A stretch of DNA of 39,570 bases from a virus, in IMG/VR virus record IMGVR_UViG_3300017971_000140; one strand, given 5' to 3'. Shown here piece after piece: positions 25,502 through 33,158 of this stretch (within the stretch, counting starts at the first letter, position 1; each line of letters starts with the position of its first letter). The notes beneath the pieces were generated by a model. That model was not told the origin of the DNA. It made no database searches and saw nothing but the letters and a program-made list of their open reading frames with translations. The position numbers were made by a program, and so were the translations under genes.

Positions 25502-25683
25502 AAATACTAAAGTTCGTAGCAGACCCGGCCGATATTATAGAGGCAAGGCAAGTAACGCGGATCACTGAAGAGGATCCACCAGAGGTGACACTGTTAGAGC
25601 CGATGGATGAAACAAACTGGGATAGGTATTACTTCCAATCAAGTCAAGAGATTATTAACTTTTATCGTGGAGAAACACAATGA
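25498..25683 (+). CDS. Hypothetical protein
   Basis: 61 aa, ATGA-coupled on both sides. Confidence 0.5.
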   Translation: MKILKFVADPADIIEARQVTRITEEDPPEVTLLEPMDETNWDRYYFQSSQEIINFYRGETQ

Positions 25684-26117
25684 GCTACATATTCACAAAG
25701 AATCTAGACGACTTACAGGACGCACTAGAGAGATGTCAAGAGACGGCAAGGGCTTTTCCAGAGAGTGGGACTAGTCATGAAGACATAGCCCGCTTCGATA
25801 CCAAGGAAGAGGCTGAGGCACTTTGTGTCATGGTAGATAAGGTATATGCCGGAGAAGAAAACATCGTTATAGCTTATAGGTGCATCGCTGACTTGTATTT
25901 CGTAGAGATCAGGTACACTCTTTCCCCGGATGAACTTGAGGAGGCTTTTAGTGCCCTTGAAGATTATTACAAAGACGTTCGGCCTGAAGATATACCACCA
26001 ATGGACCCGAATAACCCCGCTGATAGAGAATTGATGGACATTGCTCAGGACATGATGAAAGAACTAAGACGCTTAGAGGCTGAAGACGAAGAGGAGGAAG
26101 AAAAAGATGTTGACTAG
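25680..26117 (+). CDS. Strongly acidic early protein
   Basis: 145 aa, D/E-rich, ending EAEDEEEEEKDVD. GGAG upstream. Confidence 0.55.
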   Translation: MSYIFTKNLDDLQDALERCQETARAFPESGTSHEDIARFDTKEEAEALCVMVDKVYAGEENIVIAYRCIADLYFVEIRYTLSPDELEEAFSALEDYYKDVRPEDIPPMDPNNPADRELMDIAQDMMKELRRLEAEDEEEEEKDVD

Positions 26118-26358
26118 CATTATGGCTAGCCTGGGTGCTGCAATCGGTGGCCAGGTGATTAAATACATGAAGGAGCATAGGAAAGAGCAGCAACTTGAGA
26201 TTATGCAGGGAGAAATCCTAGAGGGCTGGGTCTACAAGATTCAGATCGCAGTAAGGGACGAGCACCGGAAAGGTGGGGTACCCTTGGAGACACACAAAAA
26301 GGTGATGGATAAAATCGCGGAGGTGGTTCGTGAAGAATTTGACACGACGAAAATCTAA
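26107..26358 (+). CDS. Hypothetical protein
   Basis: 83 aa, GAGGAGGAAG upstream. Confidence 0.5.
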   Translation: MLTSIMASLGAAIGGQVIKYMKEHRKEQQLEIMQGEILEGWVYKIQIAVRDEHRKGGVPLETHKKVMDKIAEVVREEFDTTKI

Positions 26359-26473
26359 TCTTGAACAAGCTTGTGACAACATGGAAACTATTCTTAACTT
26401 TGCTGATGCTGTAAAGGAGGCTAATAAGAAGCCCTACAACCCACGAAAAGAGGCGATGGAGGAATATCACAAG

Positions 26474-26620
26474 ATGTCAGGTAGGATACCACTTGTCTGC
26501 CTAGGTATGACGATTTTAATACTACTTCTTTCTAGTTGTGCCGTGAGGCCAGCTTACATTGAGGTTGAGTGGGTTGAGGACGAAGTGTTATACGAGGTGC
26601 CGCCTTATGGAGATAATTAA
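26474..26620 (+). CDS. Small lipoprotein (48-aa precursor); start uncertain (in-frame alternatives at 26381 and 26330)
   Basis: MSGRIPLVCLGMTILILLLSSC has a basic n-region, a hydrophobic core and an L-S-S-C lipobox. GGAGG 11 nt upstream. Confidence 0.45.
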   Translation: MSGRIPLVCLGMTILILLLSSCAVRPAYIEVEWVEDEVLYEVPPYGDN

Positions 26621-26825
26621 TGGAGACTTAGTACTACGTATGCGCAAGGAAGATGTGTATTACCTTGTTACTAAGCTGAGATCAGAGACGGAGTTTAATA
26701 ATCTACCTGTAAAAAATATGAGTCCGAGGGAATTGCTACAGAGGAGTTTAGGTAGAGAAATAATCGAAGACGAAAACGATTATTTTTTTATTGGTAAAGT
26801 CCTTGACGATAATTCCGATACCTAG
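26607..26825 (+). CDS. Hypothetical protein (72 aa)
   Basis: ATG 26607, overlapping the end of the preceding ORF. Confidence 0.45.
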   Translation: MEIINGDLVLRMRKEDVYYLVTKLRSETEFNNLPVKNMSPRELLQRSLGREIIEDENDYFFIGKVLDDNSDT

Positions 26826-26831
26826 TATAAT
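26803..26831 (+). promoter_or_regulatory. Sigma70-type promoter TTGACG-17-TATAAT with a CCGATAC spacer box
   Basis: Reads gtccTTGACGataattCCGATACctagTATAATc. Confidence 0.7.
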
Positions 26832-26902
26832 CAAGTCAGGAAGGAAGACAAGGCTCGACTTGTTCGGGCCAAGGAAAGAGGCCAACTAGAGGAGGTCGTA
26901 CG

Positions 26903-27103
26903 ATGACAACGGTTTTATGTTTCTTAGGTGTAATCGTTATGTACTTTATCGGGAAGTGGGTAGACGACAATGAAGATGTTGCGATGCCCTTCATCAGGAG
27001 TATGATTACTGTACCTTTCGTGGTAACCTTGTGGTTGCTCTCCATGGGAACATCCGCAGCAGCCTTATACGGGTTTTATCTTATAATAGTGAGGATCTTC
27101 TAA
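26903..27103 (+). CDS. Two-TM membrane protein (holin-like or exclusion-type)
   Basis: 66 aa with two hydrophobic helices. GAGGAGG upstream. Confidence 0.5.
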   Translation: MTTVLCFLGVIVMYFIGKWVDDNEDVAMPFIRSMITVPFVVTLWLLSMGTSAAALYGFYLIIVRIF

Positions 27104-27210
27104 TGAGTATCAAGAGGCTTCAAGAACTAGCCGTTGCCACGTGGTTCATAGGCTCTGTCCTGGCACTAGCAGGATATGCGATGTATCAATCAATACAGGG
27201 GGTTTTGTGA
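27103..27210 (+). CDS. 35-aa single-TM peptide
   Basis: TAATG overlap. Contains ATWFIGSVLALAGYAMY. Confidence 0.35.
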   Translation: MSIKRLQELAVATWFIGSVLALAGYAMYQSIQGVL

Positions 27211-27278
27211 TGAATAAACCAGACGCAATAAGTTTAAGGTTGGCTGATATGCAGAATTTCAGAGATTAAAGGAGAAAT

Positions 27279-27479
27279 ATGATGTGTAGAGATTATTATC
27301 CAGAATATTATGATGAAGCTAACGAGATGTATCTACGTTGGTATGAGGATGATAGATACCACGACATTATGAAAAAGGTAGACGAAGCAAAATTTTTACT
27401 AAAGGACTTGACAGGTTTGGTCGATAATGTTAGTATAAGAGAAATAACAGAGACCTTAGAGGAGGCCGAGAATGTCTAA
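27279..27479 (+). CDS. Hypothetical acidic Tyr-rich protein
   Basis: 66 aa, AAGGAG upstream. Confidence 0.5.
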   Translation: MMCRDYYPEYYDEANEMYLRWYEDDRYHDIMKKVDEAKFLLKDLTGLVDNVSIREITETLEEAENV

Positions 27480-27675
27480 CTACCGCAAGCTACTACTAGA
27501 GGCACAGAGAAGAGCTGACAACAGAAAAGAGGTTCGAGAGTCAAAACCTCTCTACTGCTACAAGAAAGAAGAATTGAGTCCCGCTACTGACATGGTGGAA
27601 TGTATCCTATGGGGGTTGGCGATGGTAGCCGCCCCCGTACTTTTCGCAGTCGCAACGCTAACATTCGGGGCGTAG
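27472..27675 (+). CDS. Tail-anchored membrane protein
   Basis: 67 aa with a C-terminal TM ILWGLAMVAAPVLFAVATLTFGA. AGGAGG upstream. Confidence 0.5.
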   Translation: MSNYRKLLLEAQRRADNRKEVRESKPLYCYKKEELSPATDMVECILWGLAMVAAPVLFAVATLTFGA

Positions 27676-27792
27676 TCATGAGGATCACACCAGTTATACC
27701 CGTCTATACCCACTTATACAAGACTAAGAAACAGAAGACGAAAACAAGTGGTAAGGACATAAAGAAGAAAGACGGATTTAAGGAGGTACTTA

Positions 27793-29103
27793 GTGGCATA
27801 CGACGACTTGACAGACGAGCTTAAAGAGAAACTACTCAGTGAGTTAGACGTTTCCTCTCAAGGCGGCGACGAAAAGCTCTTGATTATCGAAGAGCAAAAC
27901 GCCTTTGTAGAGAAGTTCGTAAGACAGAAAAAAATTAATGTAAGGTTCGATGGCTCGATTGATTGGAAGGAGAACCCTAGTATTAGCCGTGACGTGTTCA
28001 TCACCAAGATCCAACAAGAGTACAGGGTCTTTGCGGCTAAGTTCAAGATAGCCAGTCCTAACCGTCTTAGTCGGGCAGATTTGCAGAACCAATTGAAGGA
28101 GTTGCTTTATGATAACAAGGCCGAAAAACTACACCGACTTGAGAACATGGTACGTTATCGGCCAGAGGCTTGTAAAAAGGAGATGGACAGGTTCATTGAG
28201 GCGCTCTTTCCACAAGCGACTAAGGATAAACGTAGGTTTGCTAAGAAGGTATTCGAGTGTTTCTTGTGGCAAGTCAAGAGGAAGATTGCGGGGTTGCCAG
28301 TTGAACACCACATAATGCCCGTTCTTTACAGTAAAACACACGGTACTGGAAAGAGTGTGTCCGTGGAGAACCTCGTTGCACCTTTAAAAGAATTTGTTTT
28401 GCACCTACAACTAGACGTATTCAGAGACACTTTCTTTCGCAAGGCTTTCAGTGAACACTTTGTGGTTATCTTCGATGAGTTACAAGGTGCAGGACGTACC
28501 GATATTGAGAGTATGAAGAACGTCATTACAGCTAATACTCTAAGTGCTAGGGGCATGAGGACACAAGACATTGACACGATCCCCCAAAACTGTACTTTCA
28601 TTGGTACGACTAACCGACCACTAGCGGATCTTATTTTTGATAACACGGGAATGAGACGTTTCGTTGAGCTGGAGCTTGAAGCAAAAGCAGACTTAGAAGT
28701 GATCACAGGTGAGAAGTGGTTAGCTGGTAAGAGGATTAAGGTAAAGAATCCGATCGACTTCTTAAAGGTTTGGCAAAGTGTCGAAGAGTTGCAGTTGAAT
28801 CCGATCTTAGAGATTCAAGAAGAGTTGAGCGAGCACCAAGAATCGTTGCGTACTGCAACCACACTTGAACAGTGGGTCGATGAATTTGAGGTAGAGCCGG
28901 GGGATATACCTAATGAGCTGAATGTGATGTTCGCCCATTACAGGGAATGGATGGAGTTACAGCGCAAACAACCTGGTATGAGTGCCAAGTTTGCTAAGGA
29001 TCTCAAGGGGTTGGGATTCGGTGATGCGGTGAGAAAGACCATCGGCGGTAAACGTGCAAGATGGATAAATTTAGACCGTGATATTGCAGGATTAAAAACT
29101 TAA
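27793..29103 (+). CDS. VirE-family SF3 (D5/P4-like) replicative helicase
   Basis: Walker A HGTGKS, Walker B VVIFDEL, and IGTTNRPLADLIFDNTGMRRF (the VirE TGxRRF motif). GTG start with AGGAGG upstream. Confidence 0.75.
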   Translation: MAYDDLTDELKEKLLSELDVSSQGGDEKLLIIEEQNAFVEKFVRQKKINVRFDGSIDWKENPSISRDVFITKIQQEYRVFAAKFKIASPNRLSRADLQNQLKELLYDNKAEKLHRLENMVRYRPEACKKEMDRFIEALFPQATKDKRRFAKKVFECFLWQVKRKIAGLPVEHHIMPVLYSKTHGTGKSVSVENLVAPLKEFVLHLQLDVFRDTFFRKAFSEHFVVIFDELQGAGRTDIESMKNVITANTLSARGMRTQDIDTIPQNCTFIGTTNRPLADLIFDNTGMRRFVELELEAKADLEVITGEKWLAGKRIKVKNPIDFLKVWQSVEELQLNPILEIQEELSEHQESLRTATTLEQWVDEFEVEPGDIPNELNVMFAHYREWMELQRKQPGMSAKFAKDLKGLGFGDAVRKTIGGKRARWINLDRDIAGLKT

Positions 29104-29113
29104 GGGGTAAGAC

Positions 29114-29962
29114 ATGGAGGAGTATCTTGAAGCGTTGTTCGACGCTGAAGAATTCGTTTGCTCAGCGGACAATCCGTTTGAGACCAAAGTAACTAAACTA
29201 GAAGGAGTTAGTAGGGATGATGCCTACATTACACTTAATCCTCTACGGGGGGAGTCATCTAGAGCCGATAAGAACACCGATAAGTTTCGGAATTTTCTTG
29301 TTGAGTTCGATGATCTTATTCTTGATAAGCAGTTATTACACGTCGAAGAAATAGGGATGCCTTTCACTACCTGCGTCTTTTCCGGAAATAAATCGTTTCA
29401 TTTTGTGATTTCGTTGCAGGATCCATTGCAGGATAGGAAAGAGTATGATCGCCTGGTACGTTGGCTCTATGCTGCTGTGCCGGATGCTGACCCTTCTTGT
29501 AAGAATCCGTCACGGTTTACTAGACTCGGTGGTGGAACACACAAGAATGGCACCAAGCAGGACATTGAGCAGCTTAGGGGTAGGGTCAGCCAAGAAGAAC
29601 TCGTTGCGTGGCTGAGCAGCCGCTGTGAGCAGCCTGCGTGCGTTTCTCGGAGCGCTAAGCAGTTGGCGGATGATGAGTTCTTTGCTATTCAGAAGACAGG
29701 ATATCGAGCTAAGCTACACAAGGCCACAATTGGTTTTTGTAAGACCGGAGGACGGAAAGGATTTCGTCATAAGAATGTTTTCATCGCTGCGTGTAACATG
29801 AGGGATTGTTATTACACGATAGACGAAGCTAAGTTTTTGTTACTCAATAAGCTGGCGAAGATATATGCCGAGCAGGGTAGGAGTGATGAAGACTTGGAGT
29901 TGAAGGAAAGAGCGATTGAAGATGCGTATCAACAGGTCCCCAGGGTCCAGACGAGGAGTTGA
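29114..29962 (+). CDS. Archaeo-eukaryotic-type primase (AEP / prim-pol-like)
   Basis: FLVEFDD (acidic motif I), SGNKSFHFVISL (motif II) and NPSRFTRLGGG (motif III). Confidence 0.6.
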   Translation: MEEYLEALFDAEEFVCSADNPFETKVTKLEGVSRDDAYITLNPLRGESSRADKNTDKFRNFLVEFDDLILDKQLLHVEEIGMPFTTCVFSGNKSFHFVISLQDPLQDRKEYDRLVRWLYAAVPDADPSCKNPSRFTRLGGGTHKNGTKQDIEQLRGRVSQEELVAWLSSRCEQPACVSRSAKQLADDEFFAIQKTGYRAKLHKATIGFCKTGGRKGFRHKNVFIAACNMRDCYYTIDEAKFLLLNKLAKIYAEQGRSDEDLELKERAIEDAYQQVPRVQTRS

Positions 29963-29965
29963 AGA

Positions 29966-30301
29966 ATGAAGATTAGGGTTATTATCACAGGGAAATCAGC
30001 ACCAGAGGCTGAAGCGGTCATCGAACACGCACTTTCCGAGTTAGGGGACGTGGATGTTAAGTTCATGACTGATAGCGGTATGCGAGTAATTATTGCATAC
30101 GAAGAAAAAAAAGCTGCTAAAGTGTTGACAAAAAAGGCCGATAATTGTAACATTGGGGAAAGAGCCAAGGAGGCCAGCTATGACAGTAAAGACACTCCCC
30201 ATAACAAGAGAAGAAGCAAGGGTATTAGCAAGAATAAGGACAGTGCCAAGCCTACAGGAAGAAAGGGCAATGGCGGGAGCGGTAAGGCAGTTGGTGCCTA
30301 G
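29966..30301 (+). CDS. Hypothetical protein; low-complexity basic tail overlaps the next gene
   Basis: 111 aa, AGGAG upstream. Confidence 0.45.
   Translation: MKIRVIITGKSAPEAEAVIEHALSELGDVDVKFMTDSGMRVIIAYEEKKAAKVLTKKADNCNIGERAKEASYDSKDTPHNKRRSKGISKNKDSAKPTGRKGNGGSGKAVGA
30125..30153 (+). promoter_or_regulatory. Sigma70-type promoter TTGACA-17-TAACAT with a CCGATAA spacer box, internal to ORF 29966-30301
   Basis: Reads gtgTTGACAaaaaaggCCGATAAttgTAACATt. Confidence 0.55.
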
Positions 30302-30362
30302 GTTGTCGTCACACGAAGTTGAGGAAGTAGTTGAATATTATCTAACCAAACAGGAGGTTTAA
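30180..30362 (+). CDS. Hypothetical protein (60 aa)
   Basis: ATG 30180 with AAGGAGG 6 nt upstream and a promoter 27 nt upstream. Confidence 0.55.
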   Translation: MTVKTLPITREEARVLARIRTVPSLQEERAMAGAVRQLVPRLSSHEVEEVVEYYLTKQEV

Positions 30363-30363
30363 G

Positions 30364-30597
30364 ATGGAAAACCAAGAAGAACAAGAGGTGCAGCCAGTGT
30401 TAATGGATGTGGTGAGCGACGCAAGAATGCAGCTAGACAAGATAGCCCAGGTGTTAATTAAGATCGCGGAGGGTATGACAGCTGAGGAGAAGATGGAAGT
30501 ACAGGAAGAATTTGAGAGTATTGCTTATTCGGCTATGCTGATCTCGATGGATGCGAAGCTCGAAATGGATTTAAATCTTGAAGAAGAGGAGGAGTAA
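30364..30597 (+). CDS. Small acidic protein
   Basis: 77 aa, ending NLEEEEE. GGAGG upstream. Confidence 0.5.
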   Translation: MENQEEQEVQPVLMDVVSDARMQLDKIAQVLIKIAEGMTAEEKMEVQEEFESIAYSAMLISMDAKLEMDLNLEEEEE

Positions 30598-31679
30598 TGC
30601 ACGAACTCTTTAAGAAGTACGGCTTGAAACATCTTTCGATTAGTCAGGTCAAGACTATAAAGAGATCACCATTTGCATGGATTTGTGAGAAAGTCCTTGA
30701 TCGTCGTAGCCCTCCTAGTGAGGCTACGACTTTCGGAAGCTTTGTACACGAGAACTTCGAATGGTGGTTAGCCGATAAGATCGAGAAACCAGAGGTGATA
30801 TACATCTCAGAAGAGGCAAAAGAGTTCTGGGTTGTTGCTTGGAATGCTAAGTTGTTGAAATTCTGGGGGGAGTATCGAAGGCTGTATCCTTTTTGGCCGT
30901 GTGAAGACGGTATCGAAAAGAAGTTCTCTCTTTCCTTGGATGACCAGTTGCCGCCCTTCATCGGGATGATTGACGTTGTGAGTCAGAACGAGACTCATGT
31001 GTTGATTCAAGACCATAAGACGGTAGGGAATAAATCCTATGCACCTAAGACAAGTGCGGATTTGGCTGCGGATCCTCAATTGAACCTGTATGCCTGGGCT
31101 ATGAGAGGTGAACAAGAGTTACTCCCTGTGGTGCAACACAACCAACTCTTTAAAAAGATTAAACGTAAGCCTGTGAACATACTCACAGCTGAGTTGACTT
31201 GGGAGAGTGTGGAGAGTGTGGTTGAGCAGGTGCGACAAGATGCCTTGCAAGCTATCACGATCCTTGAGGAGTATGATAGGATGGGCATAGAGAAATTCGC
31301 TCATTTTTATTCCGAAGGGTACGAGCAAACTCGTTGGGACTTTGGGGGTTGCCCTCACTGGAACTTTTTTAAGGAATGCCAAAAGAAATATCTTGACAAT
31401 AAAAGGAAAGTGTCCTACAATAAGGGCAACAAAGGAGAAGACACGATGCCGGAAGATTTGCACGCCTTGGTTGGCAAAGCAAGAGAGCACTTTACAGCTG
31501 AAGGGTTGATCAAGTTTGACCTGGCTGATGCTGTAGTCGACGCAGTAATGCAAAACCTAGTGAGTAAGAAAGTCAAGGCGATCTTTGTTAGAGATGGCGA
31601 AGGTGGTGACCTTATTTACAACCAGCTACTTAATCGGATAGCTGAGAACGGGATTCATATTTTTAAGAAGGTGATATGA
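30597..31679 (+). CDS. PD-(D/E)xK nuclease of the Cas4/RecB exonuclease type
   Basis: IGMIDVV...LIQDHKT and QLNLYAWA motifs. Cys at WICEK plus GGCPHWNFFKEC. Confidence 0.65.
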   Translation: MHELFKKYGLKHLSISQVKTIKRSPFAWICEKVLDRRSPPSEATTFGSFVHENFEWWLADKIEKPEVIYISEEAKEFWVVAWNAKLLKFWGEYRRLYPFWPCEDGIEKKFSLSLDDQLPPFIGMIDVVSQNETHVLIQDHKTVGNKSYAPKTSADLAADPQLNLYAWAMRGEQELLPVVQHNQLFKKIKRKPVNILTAELTWESVESVVEQVRQDALQAITILEEYDRMGIEKFAHFYSEGYEQTRWDFGGCPHWNFFKECQKKYLDNKRKVSYNKGNKGEDTMPEDLHALVGKAREHFTAEGLIKFDLADAVVDAVMQNLVSKKVKAIFVRDGEGGDLIYNQLLNRIAENGIHIFKKVI

Positions 31680-31903
31680 TGGAGTATACAAGATTATACG
31701 TTACAGGTAACCAACACATGGCTAGGTTAAAACAAGAGGAGATCGGACTTCGTTATTCTCAACACGTTGACTTTCTAGGTATTGATCGGTTACAATCCGC
31801 ATTAGATCTAAGAAAAACTTACGACAGTGTAATTATAGAGGGTGTTGGTATTGAACAACTTGACGAACTATCTCTAGAAATTATCAGGAGTTTGCTAAAG
31901 TAG
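31676..31903 (+). CDS. Hypothetical protein
   Basis: 75 aa, ATGA overlap. Confidence 0.5.
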   Translation: MMEYTRLYVTGNQHMARLKQEEIGLRYSQHVDFLGIDRLQSALDLRKTYDSVIIEGVGIEQLDELSLEIIRSLLK

Positions 31904-31932
31904 TTGACAAGAATAACCGATAACATTAACAT
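31904..31932 (+). promoter_or_regulatory. Sigma70-type promoter TTGACA-17-TAACAT with a CCGATAA spacer box
   Basis: Reads tagTTGACAagaataaCCGATAAcatTAACATa, 24 nt before ATG 31957. Confidence 0.6.
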
Positions 31933-31956
31933 AAGGCTAACCAAGGGAGGAAAGCC

Positions 31957-32463
31957 ATGACAGAACAAAAGAGAAAATTCGTAAATTATTCACCAGTAGG
32001 AACCTTGAAGTACCCACGGTTGAACAAGCCGGATGAATTCAGGGGAAAGAGCTCGTTTAAGACCATCCTAGTGTTGGACCCTAAAGACGAAGCCGTGATT
32101 GAGTTCATGGAGAAACTAGACACACACGTCTTTGACCGCTTGAACGAAGGTGATTACCGCCCAGTCAAGGAAGTTGATGGGATGTTAGAGTTAACGGTGA
32201 AGCGTAACTCTGATTTCGGTCCACCTCTGTTCTTTGAGCCAACAGGTCCTAAGAGTAGTGAGAAGTTAGACCGCGCACCTGGTTTGATCTGGGGCGGCAC
32301 TGAGGCAAGTGTTTCTTTCACATGCTATCACTATGAAGGCGGCGTAAGTTTTGCCCTCGCTGGTGTTACCATTCACAAGCTGGTAGAGCCTGAGAACAAG
32401 CATGGCGACAAAAAGCCGGCGGCTGCTGGTAAGAAGAGTGCGAAGGATATTTTCGAAAACTAA
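31957..32463 (+). CDS. T7 gp2.5-like single-stranded DNA-binding protein
   Basis: GTLKYPRLNKPDEFRGKSSFKTILVLDPKD parallels T7 gp2.5 GTAEPYAYIAKPDYG...YKVDLTIPNKD. The later WGGTEASVSF...VTIHKLVE parallels IGGGSKLKVKY...VMLVEL. Confidence 0.6.
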   Translation: MTEQKRKFVNYSPVGTLKYPRLNKPDEFRGKSSFKTILVLDPKDEAVIEFMEKLDTHVFDRLNEGDYRPVKEVDGMLELTVKRNSDFGPPLFFEPTGPKSSEKLDRAPGLIWGGTEASVSFTCYHYEGGVSFALAGVTIHKLVEPENKHGDKKPAAAGKKSAKDIFEN

Positions 32464-32469
32464 TCAACG

Positions 32470-32499
32470 GAACCCCTCATAGTCTGGGGGGTTCTTTTT
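32470..32499 (+). terminator. Rho-independent terminator
   Basis: GAACCCC-loop-GGGGTTC followed by TTTTT, 7 nt after the SSB stop. Confidence 0.75.
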
Positions 32500-32506
32500 A
32501 GGAGGA

Positions 32507-32749
32507 ATGATGTTTAAATCAATTGATGCTTTACGAGATCTGACACAGGATTTTTGCCATCTAGTTCGACAAAGAGCAGGCGGTGTATCTAATGAGGAGT
32601 GGGATATATACCTAAAAATCAGTGCAGAATTATGTTTGTTAGAGCGGAAGATAATGAACCTGGATTTTTCTCAAGATCAAGAACAAATAAAAACGATGAT
32701 CGTGGCGTTTAATCGGTTCCAGGAAACAACAGCAGGAGGCACCAAGTGA
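32507..32749 (+). CDS. Hypothetical protein
   Basis: 80 aa, AGGAGGA upstream. Confidence 0.5.
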   Translation: MMFKSIDALRDLTQDFCHLVRQRAGGVSNEEWDIYLKISAELCLLERKIMNLDFSQDQEQIKTMIVAFNRFQETTAGGTK

Positions 32750-32928
32750 AGGATACTAATAAACAACAGTTAATAGATATGCTGCTGGCGACACACCAGT
32801 TTCTAGAAGGTGAGAACGTTGAGGCGGCCTTGAAGTCACCTAATGAATTAGCTACGGCTAAGGGTGTTATAGCCAGATTAGTTTTGATTGTTTCAAATGC
32901 ACAAGAAACCACAGAGGAGCAAAAATGA
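32746..32928 (+). CDS. Hypothetical protein
   Basis: 60 aa, GTG start with GGAGG upstream. Confidence 0.45.
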   Translation: MKDTNKQQLIDMLLATHQFLEGENVEAALKSPNELATAKGVIARLVLIVSNAQETTEEQK

Positions 32929-33158
32929 ATATTGTACCAATAAGACAGACCGAGAATTTACGAGGTATCACAGAATTTTCGAAGGGGATGGTTGTTTACT
33001 GCGGACCACGTGCTACTTACTTAGTCATATCTAAAGAGGTATACGATCTCAATGGAACTAAAGTCGTTGATGTCTGGGACTTGGACGACAATAAAATCCT
33101 GCCGAGAAATATAAAACTAATGGGTCACATGGTCACACAATTTTACGGAGAGGTATAA
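32925..33158 (+). CDS. Hypothetical protein
   Basis: 77 aa, GAGGAG upstream. Confidence 0.5.
   Translation: MNIVPIRQTENLRGITEFSKGMVVYCGPRATYLVISKEVYDLNGTKVVDVWDLDDNKILPRNIKLMGHMVTQFYGEV

Noticed and set aside
27678-27824. 48-aa basic ORF (part of track ORF 27600-27824)
   Set aside because: It has a weak SD and a low-complexity Lys-rich sequence. It overlaps the strongly signalled GTG start of the helicase gene by 32 nt.
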